From: Candidatus Harrisonbacteria bacterium
GTDB taxonomy: Bacteria > Patescibacteriota > Minisyncoccia > UBA6257 > 1-14-0-10-44-23
Direction: 5' to 3'
DNA length: 64,000 nucleotides
Assembly (NCBI GenBank): GCA_023255625.1
Contig: JAHFLF010000001.1
Span: 504,074-568,073 of the forward strand
Made by a program: the position numbers and the translations under genes. Below are positions 7,709-16,193 of the stretch, in pieces. Position 1 is the stretch's first letter. Each line of letters begins with the position of its first letter. A model generated the notes under the pieces. It was not told the origin of the DNA, did no database searches, and worked only from the letters and a program-made list of their open reading frames with translations.

Positions 7709-9536
7709 TATGAATTCTTCTCGCTCGATAATTCTTGGTCTTTCATTCTTTTATCATGACGCAGCGGCTGCGTTACTTATAGATGGAGTGCCGGTGGCCA
7801 TGGCGGAAGAAGAGCGTTTTAGCCGCAAAAAGCATGATTCGGGTTTTCCGGTTCAGGCGATTGAGTTTGTTTTGCGTACCGGTGGCGTTTCGGTAGGCGA
7901 TCTGACTGCCGTAGTATTTTATGAAAAGCCCCTGCTCAAGTTTGAGCGTATTTTAAAAAATGCTGTTTCTAATTTTCCCTTCGCGCCCTTTCTATTTGCA
8001 AGAAGTTTAAAAAGTCTCCTGGAGGATAAGATTTGGATCAGACCGCTGATTAGCCGCAAGCTAAATATCAGTCCGCGCAAAATTTATTTTTCTAATCACC
8101 ATCTTTCTCATGCCGCATCGTCTTTTTATCCTTCGCCTTATAAAAAGGCCGCGGTATTAACTCTTGATGGTGTCGGCGAATGGGCAACCTGCTCGCTCGG
8201 TCTGGGCGAGGGCACTCATCTCACAATGTTTAAAGAATTACATTTTCCAAATTCGCTTGGACTTTTATATTCGGCTTTTACTGCCTTTCTTGGTTTTGAG
8301 GTTAATGAGGGGGAATATAAGGTAATGGGTATGGCTCCCTACGGTAAGCCGCAGTATAAAAAATTAGTTGAGAAATTATTGATTACACACGGAGATGGAT
8401 CATGCGGGCTTAATCTAGAGTATTTCAGCTTTCATCGTTCCGGGCGGCGAACTTTTTCCCATAAATTCGTTCAGCTTTTCGGCAAGCCCCGCGAAACGGA
8501 ATCTCATTTTTGTACTCGTCAGACCGGTTGGCCATCTTACTTCGGTAAAAAGCCGGAAGGTGCGGAATACGAGAAGCTCGTTAATGAGCAGGAATATTAT
8601 GCAGATTTGGCGGCTTCAGTGCAGGCCGTACTCGAAGATTGTGTTGTTGCGATGGCTAACCATCTTCACTCGATTACTGGCGGAGACACTCTTTGTTTGG
8701 CGGGTGGAGTGGCCCTGAACTCGGTTATGAATTGGCGGCTTGCGGAACGGACGCCATTTAAACGGATTTTTGTGCAGCCGGCGGCGGGTGACGGAGGAGG
8801 TGCGCTTGGCGCAGCACTTGCCCTGCATCATTTGGCGCTTGGAGGAGCGCGGACTGCGCCGATGCGGCACGCATTTTATGGAGAAAATTACAGTGGCAAA
8901 GAAATTGAGTCGGCGCTTGATGAGCTTAGCGTTAGTTTTGTTAAAATGTCTTCAGAAGAAATTCTTGTTGAAAAAGTCGCTGAATTTTTGAAAAATGGTT
9001 CAGTGATTGGTTGGTATCAGGGCGCATTTGAGTGGGGGCCGCGTGCGCTCGGCAATCGTTCTATAATTGCCGACCCGCGCCGAAATGAGATGAAAGAGAT
9101 CGTAAATACTAAAATTAAGTTTCGAGAGCCATACCGTCCGTTTGCTCCATCAGTACTTGCAGAGTATGCCGATGCTTATTTTAATTTTGGCGATATATCC
9201 GAGAGAGAGCCGGCACGGTTTATGCTTTATGTTGTGCCGGTTAAATCTGACAAGCAGAAAGAGGTTCCGGCGATAACTCATGTTGATGGCTCGGCTCGGC
9301 CGCAGTTGGTCTTTGCGCAGGACTGCCCGCGCTACCATAAACTAATCAGTGCGTTTTATAAAAAAACCGCCGTGCCGATGCTACTGAACACATCTTTTAA
9401 TTTGCGCGGTGAGCCGATTGTAACAACTCCCCAGAATGCGCTAGCTACATTTGCCAAAAGCGGTATGGATTATCTTATTATGGATACTTATATTATTAGC
9501 CGAAAAGACCTTGCTAATTCAAAACTTTTCGCATGA
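7692..9536 (+). CDS. Carbamoyltransferase, NodU/CmcH (HypF-like) family
   Basis: N-terminal ILGLS.FYHD.AAALL.DG....A.EEERF.R.KH and the C-terminal carbamoyltransferase domain. An alternative start at 7710 (MNSSRS...) avoids overlap with the upstream gene. Confidence 0.85.
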   Translation: MSANFSMNSSRSIILGLSFFYHDAAAALLIDGVPVAMAEEERFSRKKHDSGFPVQAIEFVLRTGGVSVGDLTAVVFYEKPLLKFERILKNAVSNFPFAPFLFARSLKSLLEDKIWIRPLISRKLNISPRKIYFSNHHLSHAASSFYPSPYKKAAVLTLDGVGEWATCSLGLGEGTHLTMFKELHFPNSLGLLYSAFTAFLGFEVNEGEYKVMGMAPYGKPQYKKLVEKLLITHGDGSCGLNLEYFSFHRSGRRTFSHKFVQLFGKPRETESHFCTRQTGWPSYFGKKPEGAEYEKLVNEQEYYADLAASVQAVLEDCVVAMANHLHSITGGDTLCLAGGVALNSVMNWRLAERTPFKRIFVQPAAGDGGGALGAALALHHLALGGARTAPMRHAFYGENYSGKEIESALDELSVSFVKMSSEEILVEKVAEFLKNGSVIGWYQGAFEWGPRALGNRSIIADPRRNEMKEIVNTKIKFREPYRPFAPSVLAEYADAYFNFGDISEREPARFMLYVVPVKSDKQKEVPAITHVDGSARPQLVFAQDCPRYHKLISAFYKKTAVPMLLNTSFNLRGEPIVTTPQNALATFAKSGMDYLIMDTYIISRKDLANSKLFA

Positions 9537-10708
9537 TCATGTACTGGTTTAAAAAAATTGCTACCGTGCTCTTGTCCGTAATCATTGTCTTTGTGGCATT
9601 TGAGATATTGCTGCATATAGAGCAGCAGTTGAGTAATGCGCATCCGATTAACCAAAATTCGCCTTGGTATGAGAAACTTAATTTGTCGGTCGAGCCCTGG
9701 ATGCCGGAGTTGTATAAAGAAGCCAGCGCTGAAGTTCCTGGCAAGAGTGGACAGTTGTTTACACCTTATCTAATGTGGCGTTTTGCCACAACCACAACGG
9801 CTAAATATTTCAATATTGTTGCTCCGGGTGAGCGCAAGACTTGGAATCCGGAAAAATTCAGCGAACCACCCACAAAAATATTTATGATGGGCGCTTCTAG
9901 CTTAATGGCTTCCAGCGCGCGCGATAACGACACCATCCCGTCTTTTATTTCACAGGAGCTTAATTCAACCGTGCCGCGTTACGAAGTCCGTAATTTTGGA
10001 GAGCCCGGTTATGTTTTTGAACAAGAAGTTTTGAAGCTCACAGCATTACTGCGTGCCGGGGAGCGGCCGGATATTGTTCTATTTTATGATGGCCATAACG
10101 ATGTTGAAAATGCATATGATTTTGGATACCCCGGCAATCTTGGCTATCCGGAGTATTTAATGCGCGAGAAACTTGAGGGTGGTTTGGCGCAGGTCATTTT
10201 GCGCAAATCTCGAGATTTTATTCGGGATAATTGCATAACCTGTCGTTTAGTGTACGCCGCAATTCAGAAAATCAATCCGCAACTTTTTTATGGATATGAT
10301 CTACAGGGCTATTCGCTGCCAGATGAAGTACGCGAAAATTTGGCGCAGGCAACCGCAGACGATTATGCGCAAACATATAGTTTGCTGGAAAAGTTGGCCG
10401 GGGCATACCATTTTCGATTCATGGTTTTTTTGCAGCCATCACTGATGACCGAGACGAAATTGGTTGGCACCGAAGAGCAGATTGCAGAGTGGAACTGGCG
10501 TGTGCGGGATGAGCGGCAGAAGGCGTTTCATCTCCGTGTACGCGAGCTCTTAGCGCAAAAAAAGATTCCATATCTGGCCGATCTTGCGAACATTTTTGCC
10601 GATCGAACCACGGCGTATTATCATGACCATGTTCATGTTTGGTATAAGCCGAACAAGATTGCTGCCGAGCAGATCACAAAAAATTTACTCACTAAGTTCG
10701 GACTTTAG
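9533..10708 (+). CDS. Membrane-anchored SGNH/GDSL-like hydrolase family protein (putative)
   Basis: N-terminal TM; IFMMGASS...DGHNDVEN block pattern; frequent neighbour of this carbamoyltransferase. Confidence 0.45.
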   Translation: MIMYWFKKIATVLLSVIIVFVAFEILLHIEQQLSNAHPINQNSPWYEKLNLSVEPWMPELYKEASAEVPGKSGQLFTPYLMWRFATTTTAKYFNIVAPGERKTWNPEKFSEPPTKIFMMGASSLMASSARDNDTIPSFISQELNSTVPRYEVRNFGEPGYVFEQEVLKLTALLRAGERPDIVLFYDGHNDVENAYDFGYPGNLGYPEYLMREKLEGGLAQVILRKSRDFIRDNCITCRLVYAAIQKINPQLFYGYDLQGYSLPDEVRENLAQATADDYAQTYSLLEKLAGAYHFRFMVFLQPSLMTETKLVGTEEQIAEWNWRVRDERQKAFHLRVRELLAQKKIPYLADLANIFADRTTAYYHDHVHVWYKPNKIAAEQITKNLLTKFGL

Positions 10709-10812
10709 AGTAATGCAAACAAAAAAGTCGTACTAAGATGAGCACAGAAGACTTGATGCTCCCTATGGTGCCGGCTTTTTGCCTGAAACAGATGCGGGGC
10801 AAGCAATGATTT

Positions 10813-11025
10813 TTATAGACCCAGATTGCCAATATTCTGATACTGGCTTAGTGTGCCCAGGAATTGCGGGATAACAAAGACGAGTCCGATCATCGGTAGA
10901 ACGATTACGGCGACGCTGACAATCAGCGTCCACTTAAAATACTTTCTAGTTTTTTCAGCCGACTTGTAAGTCGCGTCAATTTTTTGTTCTAGCGTCGCGA
11001 GTCGTTTTTCTAAATCTTGATCCAT
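10813..11025 (-). CDS. Small coiled-coil/TM protein
   Basis: ORF with a C-terminal TM helix. Confidence 0.35.
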   Translation of the reverse strand: MDQDLEKRLATLEQKIDATYKSAEKTRKYFKWTLIVSVAVIVLPMIGLVFVIPQFLGTLSQYQNIGNLGL

Positions 11026-11079
11026 AGGTAAGAAGGTTATAGGTGATAGGTTATGGTGGGAGATCGGGGGATCAAAGAA

Positions 11080-11409
11080 CTATCGTTTCTGATTTTCCTT
11101 TGCGAATTTTACCTGGCATTCTTTGGCGAGTGTAATGCATTCCTCGGGGTCGTAGCCAAGCTCGTCGCAGTGCCTGATAGTTGAGAAGATGAGGTTGCCA
11201 AGTTCTTTTTTCAGCTCTGCGTCGGTATGAGTTTTGACATCTTTAGTGGCATTTCGCTCGTAGCGGCAGATGTCGCCGAAAACTTTACCAATGCGAACAA
11301 TGATTTGCGCGAGGGGCAGCTTCTTATCGCCCCAGATTGCGCGTGATTCTTTAAGCAATCCCTTTATTTCCATAAGTTTAAGTATATCAGAATCCTGAAA
11401 GTTATTCAC
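11080..11409 (-). CDS. MazG-like nucleotide pyrophosphohydrolase (small single-domain type)
   Basis: 109 aa with the EL.KELG.++......A..LG pattern of the MazG nucleotide pyrophosphohydrolase family. Confidence 0.6.
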   Translation of the reverse strand: MNNFQDSDILKLMEIKGLLKESRAIWGDKKLPLAQIIVRIGKVFGDICRYERNATKDVKTHTDAELKKELGNLIFSTIRHCDELGYDPEECITLAKECQVKFAKENQKR

Positions 11410-11423
11410 TGGGTCAGTTTGAC

Positions 11424-11445
11424 ATATACCCCCTAGGGGGTATAT
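11424..11445. promoter_or_regulatory. Putative CsoR operator: perfect 22-bp palindrome ATATACCCCCTAGGGGGTATAT
   Basis: Seen directly, ending 6 nt before the csoR start; CsoR operators are GC-core inverted repeats of the TACCC...GGGTA type. Confidence 0.55.
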
Positions 11446-11450
11446 ACATA

Positions 11451-11732
11451 GTGTATATGAAATACAGCATCAATAAAAAAGAGCCGCGGCTTATTCAACG
11501 ATTAAAAATTATTGAAGGGCAGATTCGCGGATTGCAGCGAATGGTTGAGGAGGGGAAATACTGCATTGATGTCATTGCCCAGACCTCGGCCGTGAAACAG
11601 GGGCTCTCCAATGTTGAAGATTTGCTTATGGAGGGGCATTTGAGCGGGTGCGTTGTCCACCAGATTCAGTCCGGTCAGATAGATAAGGCGAAGCGCGAAA
11701 TTTTGAAAGTGTATAGGTTGAAGCGTAAATAA
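11451..11732 (+). CDS. csoR: CsoR/RcnR-family metal-sensing transcriptional repressor
   Basis: 93 aa; RL.RIEGQ.RGL.+M......C.D...Q..AV..+L......++E.HL..C motif; precedes copA. Confidence 0.8.
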   Translation: MYMKYSINKKEPRLIQRLKIIEGQIRGLQRMVEEGKYCIDVIAQTSAVKQGLSNVEDLLMEGHLSGCVVHQIQSGQIDKAKREILKVYRLKRK

Positions 11733-11832
11733 AAATATGGCCGTACAAACATTCAAAATCAAAAGAATGCACCCCGGTACTAGAACCTGCTGGTTCAGTA
11801 CGGGGCAGGCTGTGCTTAACTTTCCATAAAAT

Positions 11833-14082
11833 ATGGTCACTCAAATTTATAAAATTCGCGGTATGCATTGTGCATCGTGCTCGGTGATTATTGAAAAGAC
11901 TTTGAAAAAGTTGGATGGAGTTAGTTCGGCGCAGGCAAATTACGGCACTGAATCCGTTAAAGTTAATTTTGACGAGGCGAAAATAAAACCCGAGGCGTTG
12001 TCAAAAAGTATTGAACCGCTCGGTTATTCGCTTGTTATGCCAGAGCCAGCACCCATGAATCATGGCAACATGACCTCTGCAGAAATGGGAATGTCTGAAA
12101 ATGAGCACGCAGAACATCTAGGCATCAATCAATCAAAAAAAGAGAAGTTAGCTGAGCTAGCGGCTTTACGAACGAAAGTCATTTCTGTGATTCCTCTGGC
12201 AGTCATCAGTATTTTTATTATGGCTTGGGACGCGCTCGCGCAGTTCAATATTATTTCTAGCATGACGCCGGTGTGGGAGGAATTTTTCCATCACCTTCTG
12301 CCGATCATGGCTACCTATACTCTTTTTGTCGTGGGTACGCCGTACCTGTTTGGCGTCTACCGATTTTTGCGTTATCGCAAAGCTAATATGGATACGCTTA
12401 TCGGTATCGGCACGCTGGCCGCGTTTATTTACAGCTTTGTGCTAACGGCATTTGAGGAGGCGCTCGCGCCGTTTTTGAATGTTAATCAGACTTATTATGA
12501 TGTGACGATTGTGGTTGTCGCGTTTATTACCTTTGGTAAATATTTGGAGATGAAGTCGAAGATTAAAACCGGCGACGCGATTGAGAAGCTACTGAATCTA
12601 CAAGCTAAAACAGCATTGGTGATCCGTAACGGCAAGGACCTGCCTGCCGGCAGGCAGGAGATAGAAATTCCGATTAACGAGGTGGTGAAAGGGGATATTC
12701 TGATTGTGAAATCCGGCACTAAAATTCCGGTTGATGGCGTGATTACCGATGGATCTTCATATGTTGATGAGTCCATGATGACGGGCGAACCGATTCCGGT
12801 GGAGAAGAAAGTGGGCGACCCGGTTGTCGCTGGTACCATGAACACGACCGGCAGTTTTTCGTTTCGCGCCACTAAAGTCGGCTCGGAGACATTACTTGCG
12901 CACATTATTAAAATGGTGGAGGAGGCGCAGGGGAGTAAGGCGCCGATTCAGGCGCTGGCGGATAAAATTTCCGGTGTGTTTGTGCCGATCGTTCTTGGTA
13001 TCGCGGCCCTGACACTGGCCACCTGGTTACTATTTGGATACGGTTCAATGGGGCTGACTTCTTTTGTCGCAATCCTGGTTATCGCCTGTCCGTGCGCGTT
13101 AGGGCTGGCAACGCCGACGGCGATTATTGTCGGCGTCGGTAAGGGCGCGCGCGAAGGGATTTTAGTTAAAGACGCGGCGACACTCGAAAAATTGCACAAA
13201 GTGAAAGTACTCGTTGTTGATAAGACCGGCACTATAACCAAAGGCAAGCCCGAGGTTACAAGTATCAAAAATTATTCCAAGTTAACCGATGGGAAAATTA
13301 TTGCAGTCATGGCTTCACTGGAAAGTAGGTCAGAGCATCCGATCGCGCACGCAATAATTACATACGCTAAACAAAATTCAATCCAAATTCCGACCGTTTC
13401 AAATTTTGAAATGCTAAAGGGCAGGGGAGTAAGTGGAACTGTTGATGGTATTGAATATTTTCTCGGGGGTGTGCCGATAATTCTTGCGGCAAAGAACGGT
13501 GAACCGATTGCGACGGTAACAGTCGCCGATGCCATCAAGCCGGAGGCAATTCAGGCGGTCAAAGATCTGCACACGCTCAATATTAGAGTGGTGATGCTTA
13601 CCGGTGACGGCAAAGACGCGGCGCAGGCGATTGCAAAAGAGGCAGGCATTGATGATTTTGTCGCGCAGGTTTTGCCGCAGGATAAACTTATAAAAATTAA
13701 AGAATTGCAATCGCAGGGGTTGTTCGTTGCCATGGCTGGTGATGGCGTTAACGACGCACCCGCGCTCGCGCAGGCCGATGTGGGTATCGCGATGGCCACC
13801 GGTACGGATGTGGCGATTGAGTCGGCCGGCATCACGCTGCTGCACGGTGATATCTCAAAGCTGGTCAAAGCGATCCGGCTGTCAAAGCTGACCATGCGCG
13901 GCATCAAGCAGAATTTGTTCTGGGCGTTTGTCTATAATATTGTTGGCATTCCGCTGGCCGCCGGCGTTTTTTATCCGATTTTTGGCTGGCTGCTTTCGCC
14001 GGTTTTTGCCGGTGCGGCGATGGCGCTTTCTAGCGTATCAGTTGTGGGCAACTCCCTCCGATTGAAAACTAAGAAACTATAA
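11833..14082 (+). CDS. copA: Copper-translocating P1B-type ATPase
   Basis: N-terminal HMA domain (GMHCASC), the CPC motif [17 protein letters not shown], and [10 protein letters not shown]. Confidence 0.9.
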   Translation: MVTQIYKIRGMHCASCSVIIEKTLKKLDGVSSAQANYGTESVKVNFDEAKIKPEALSKSIEPLGYSLVMPEPAPMNHGNMTSAEMGMSENEHAEHLGINQSKKEKLAELAALRTKVISVIPLAVISIFIMAWDALAQFNIISSMTPVWEEFFHHLLPIMATYTLFVVGTPYLFGVYRFLRYRKANMDTLIGIGTLAAFIYSFVLTAFEEALAPFLNVNQTYYDVTIVVVAFITFGKYLEMKSKIKTGDAIEKLLNLQAKTALVIRNGKDLPAGRQEIEIPINEVVKGDILIVKSGTKIPVDGVITDGSSYVDESMMTGEPIPVEKKVGDPVVAGTMNTTGSFSFRATKVGSETLLAHIIKMVEEAQGSKAPIQALADKISGVFVPIVLGIAALTLATWLLFGYGSMGLTSFVAILVIACPCALGLATPTAIIVGVGKGAREGILVKDAATLEKLHKVKVLVVDKTGTITKGKPEVTSIKNYSKLTDGKIIAVMASLESRSEHPIAHAIITYAKQNSIQIPTVSNFEMLKGRGVSGTVDGIEYFLGGVPIILAAKNGEPIATVTVADAIKPEAIQAVKDLHTLNIRVVMLTGDGKDAAQAIAKEAGIDDFVAQVLPQDKLIKIKELQSQGLFVAMAGDGVNDAPALAQADVGIAMATGTDVAIESAGITLLHGDISKLVKAIRLSKLTMRGIKQNLFWAFVYNIVGIPLAAGVFYPIFGWLLSPVFAGAAMALSSVSVVGNSLRLKTKKL

Positions 14083-14085
14083 TTT

Positions 14086-15114
14086 TTGTATATGACTGGG
14101 AAAACCGAACATCTGTTTCATATCACCGGCATGCACTGTGCCTCCTGCGTGGTTTTGATTGAGGAGCAAGTGAAGAATCATCCCGGTGTTGCGCAGGTCA
14201 AAGTAAGTTTGGCAGAGCGTACCGCAACTATAAGCGGCGAGTTCCCACATGACCGTGAAAAACTTGCAGGATTTTTTACCGAGCTAGTGAAGGAGCATGG
14301 GTACTCATTCTCACTTTCGCAGCAGAAGCCGCCGGTTAAGTGGGGTGAGTTTATATATGCACTGCCCATTGCGGTTGTGCTCATTGCTGGCTTTATCTTG
14401 CTGCAGCGGTTTGGCCTTGTAGATCTGATTGGCGGTGATGGAGTTACTTATGGTACCGCGTTTGTTGTGGGACTTATCGCCTCGGTTTCAACCTGCCTGG
14501 CGGTTGTTGGAGGACTCTTGCTCTCGCTTTCTGCGAGTTATGCAAAGAGTGGTCGTAAATGGCGTCCGCAGATTTTTTTTCATGTTGGTCGGCTTGTCGG
14601 ATTCTTTCTGCTCGGTGGAGCAATCGGCGCGCTTGGCACATCATTCACGCTCGGCAGTACCGGCAGTTTGATTCTCGGTATTATCGTGATGCTCGTCATG
14701 ATTATTCTCGGCATCAACCTGCTTGATGTATTTCACTTCACTAAACGATTGCAGCTGCGGATGCCCGGCGGTATTTCACGAATCCTTATGCGGCGAGAGG
14801 CGACGAATATGTTTGCACCTTTGCTGATTGGTGCTGCAACATTCTTCCTGCCCTGCGGATTTACCCAGTCAATGCAGGTGTACGCACTTTCCGCGGGCGG
14901 ATTTATTGCCGGCGGACTGACGATGCTGATATTTGCACTAGGGACCTTGCCGGTGCTTGCGCTTATCTCGTCGGGTGCGGCACGGATTGCACAGCTGTCG
15001 TGGAAGGGGATATTTTTTAAAACCGCAGGACTTGTAGTGATTGCACTTGCCGTGTTTAATGGTCTGGGAACATTAGCCGCGCTTGGCATTATTGATCCGA
15101 TATTTAATTTCTAA
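14086..15114 (+). CDS. HMA (GMHCASC) domain fused to a TauE/SafE-like multi-pass permease; putative metal-related membrane protein
   Basis: N-terminal HMA fold followed by about 8 TM helices. Confidence 0.5.
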   Translation: MYMTGKTEHLFHITGMHCASCVVLIEEQVKNHPGVAQVKVSLAERTATISGEFPHDREKLAGFFTELVKEHGYSFSLSQQKPPVKWGEFIYALPIAVVLIAGFILLQRFGLVDLIGGDGVTYGTAFVVGLIASVSTCLAVVGGLLLSLSASYAKSGRKWRPQIFFHVGRLVGFFLLGGAIGALGTSFTLGSTGSLILGIIVMLVMIILGINLLDVFHFTKRLQLRMPGGISRILMRREATNMFAPLLIGAATFFLPCGFTQSMQVYALSAGGFIAGGLTMLIFALGTLPVLALISSGAARIAQLSWKGIFFKTAGLVVIALAVFNGLGTLAALGIIDPIFNF

Positions 15115-15116
15115 CT

Positions 15117-15521
15117 ATGAATAGCAGCAGTAAACACATAGCGGTCTCAATCGTCATCAGTGTTCTGATTATTGCCGGGGCGATGGTGTATGTTGGGGCC
15201 GGTCGGGACGAAGGGGGAGAGCCGGCTGCAACCAATGTTGTTTCGGTTGTTGATGGAAGGCAGATCATTGATATTGCCGCCCGCGGCGGATATTCGCCGC
15301 GCAAAATTGCCGCAAAAGCGGGCATACCAACCGTCCTGCGCGTCACGACCAAAAATACCTACGACTGCTCTGTGGCGCTGACTATTCCGAAATTGGACTA
15401 TAAAAAATTCCTGGGTAGCACGGCGGTTACCGACATCCCAGTCTCCGCCGAGCAGGCAACTGGTACACTCCGCGGCCTGTGCAGTATGGGCATGTATAGT
15501 TTTAGCGTGGATTTCCAGTAG
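15117..15521 (+). CDS. Cupredoxin-like domain protein (secreted/membrane-anchored)
   Basis: Signal anchor plus a C-terminal ...GTLRGLCSMGMYSF motif typical of cupredoxin_1-like copper-binding domains found in copper operons. Confidence 0.5.
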   Translation: MNSSSKHIAVSIVISVLIIAGAMVYVGAGRDEGGEPAATNVVSVVDGRQIIDIAARGGYSPRKIAAKAGIPTVLRVTTKNTYDCSVALTIPKLDYKKFLGSTAVTDIPVSAEQATGTLRGLCSMGMYSFSVDFQ

Positions 15522-15522
15522 T

Positions 15523-15566
15523 TTTCTTATTCTCATGTTCTTAAGAACATGAGAATAAGAATTTTT
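15523..15566 (+). terminator. Rho-independent terminator of the copper operon
   Basis: Perfect 17-bp inverted repeat TCTTATTCTCATGTTCT/AGAACATGAGAATAAGA followed by ATTTTTTG. Confidence 0.75.
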
Positions 15567-15644
15567 TGATTGGGCGGGCGTTACCAAGCTTCCTATTGAA
15601 AAAAGACCTTCATAGTAGTAGTATTTACCAACAACTTAATAACA

Positions 15645-15720
15645 TTCCGGAGTAGTTCCCGCCCCAGAAGGGGCGAGGCTCGCTCAACAGTAGTTGAGCG
15701 GCAGTGGTTCTTACCGGAAG
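15645..15720. other. Structured segment sharing a 14-nt identity (TTCCGGAGTAGTTC) with the 5' end of the downstream tRNA; not a cloverleaf
   Basis: Direct comparison with 15760..15773; contains two hairpins (CGCCCC/GGGGCG; CGCTCAAC/GTTGAGCG). Confidence 0.3.
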
Positions 15721-15760
15721 CATTAGTTGCGTGTTAGTTGTCAGTAAAACTTAATATAAT

Positions 15761-16193
15761 TCCGGAGTAGTTCAGTGGTAGAACGCCTCGCTGTAAACAG
15801 GACCTACTGTCGAATATGCTTTTGAGGGATTTGGACCCAGATTGCGTGGCGGGTCGAAGTTACAAAAATTCAGTAATACCCAAGGGGTCTAGTGAATTTT
15901 CGTGACAAGACACCGACCGCAATACGGGACAAAGCACCAAAATCATATTCGACAGTAGGTCCAATAATTGCAGCTTTCAACCGAAAGGTTGATTGAAAAA
16001 TCTTGGGATAACGGTGAAACCCCCTTGGGGCAACACCGTGGGAACTCTGACATTAAGTCGGAGGACGCCGTAGAGACTAGATACCAAGAGACCTAAAGTG
16101 AAAACTATGGTCGTGATATAGTCCACCCCTTTCAGTAATGAGAGGACACGTGTAACGAGGATGTCGTAGGTCCGATCCCTACCTCCGGAGCCA
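15761..16193 (+). tRNA. tRNA-Asn(GUU) gene interrupted in the anticodon loop by a roughly 358-nt intron (exons 15761..15794 and 16153..16193 including encoded CCA)
   Basis: The two exons fold into a canonical cloverleaf (acceptor TCCGGAG/CTCCGGA; D-arm GTTCAGTGGTAGAAC; anticodon stem CCTCG/CGAGG; variable loop ATGTC; T-arm GTAGGTCCGATCCCTAC). Discriminator G and overall similarity to bacterial tRNA-Asn. The spliced anticodon loop CTGTTAA assumes the splice junction U|...G|. An alternative junction would give Thr(UGU). Confidence 0.65.
15795..16152 (+). ncRNA. Group I-like self-splicing intron within the tRNA-Asn anticodon loop
   Basis: R-like GAGACTAGA (16073..16081) and S-like GATATAGTCC (16115..16124) give a P7-type GACTA/TAGTC pairing. 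The 5' exon ends in U and the intron ends in G. A 19-bp perfect long-range stem pairs 15800..15818 with 15944..15962. A candidate internal guide sequence GCAGC at 15968 is complementary to the exon end GCTGT, with a U.G pair. Confidence 0.5.

Noticed and set aside
11833-14082. Multiple internal minus-strand and alternative-frame ORFs within copA (e.g. 12495..12905, 13414..13845, 13551..13907)
   Set aside because: They are fully nested in a well-supported P-type ATPase gene, and their translations are low-complexity.
15761-16193. Alternative identity of the split tRNA as Thr(UGU)
   Set aside because: It requires a splice junction after CGCT with no plausible guide pairing. The D-arm, variable loop ATGTC and discriminator G match tRNA-Asn.
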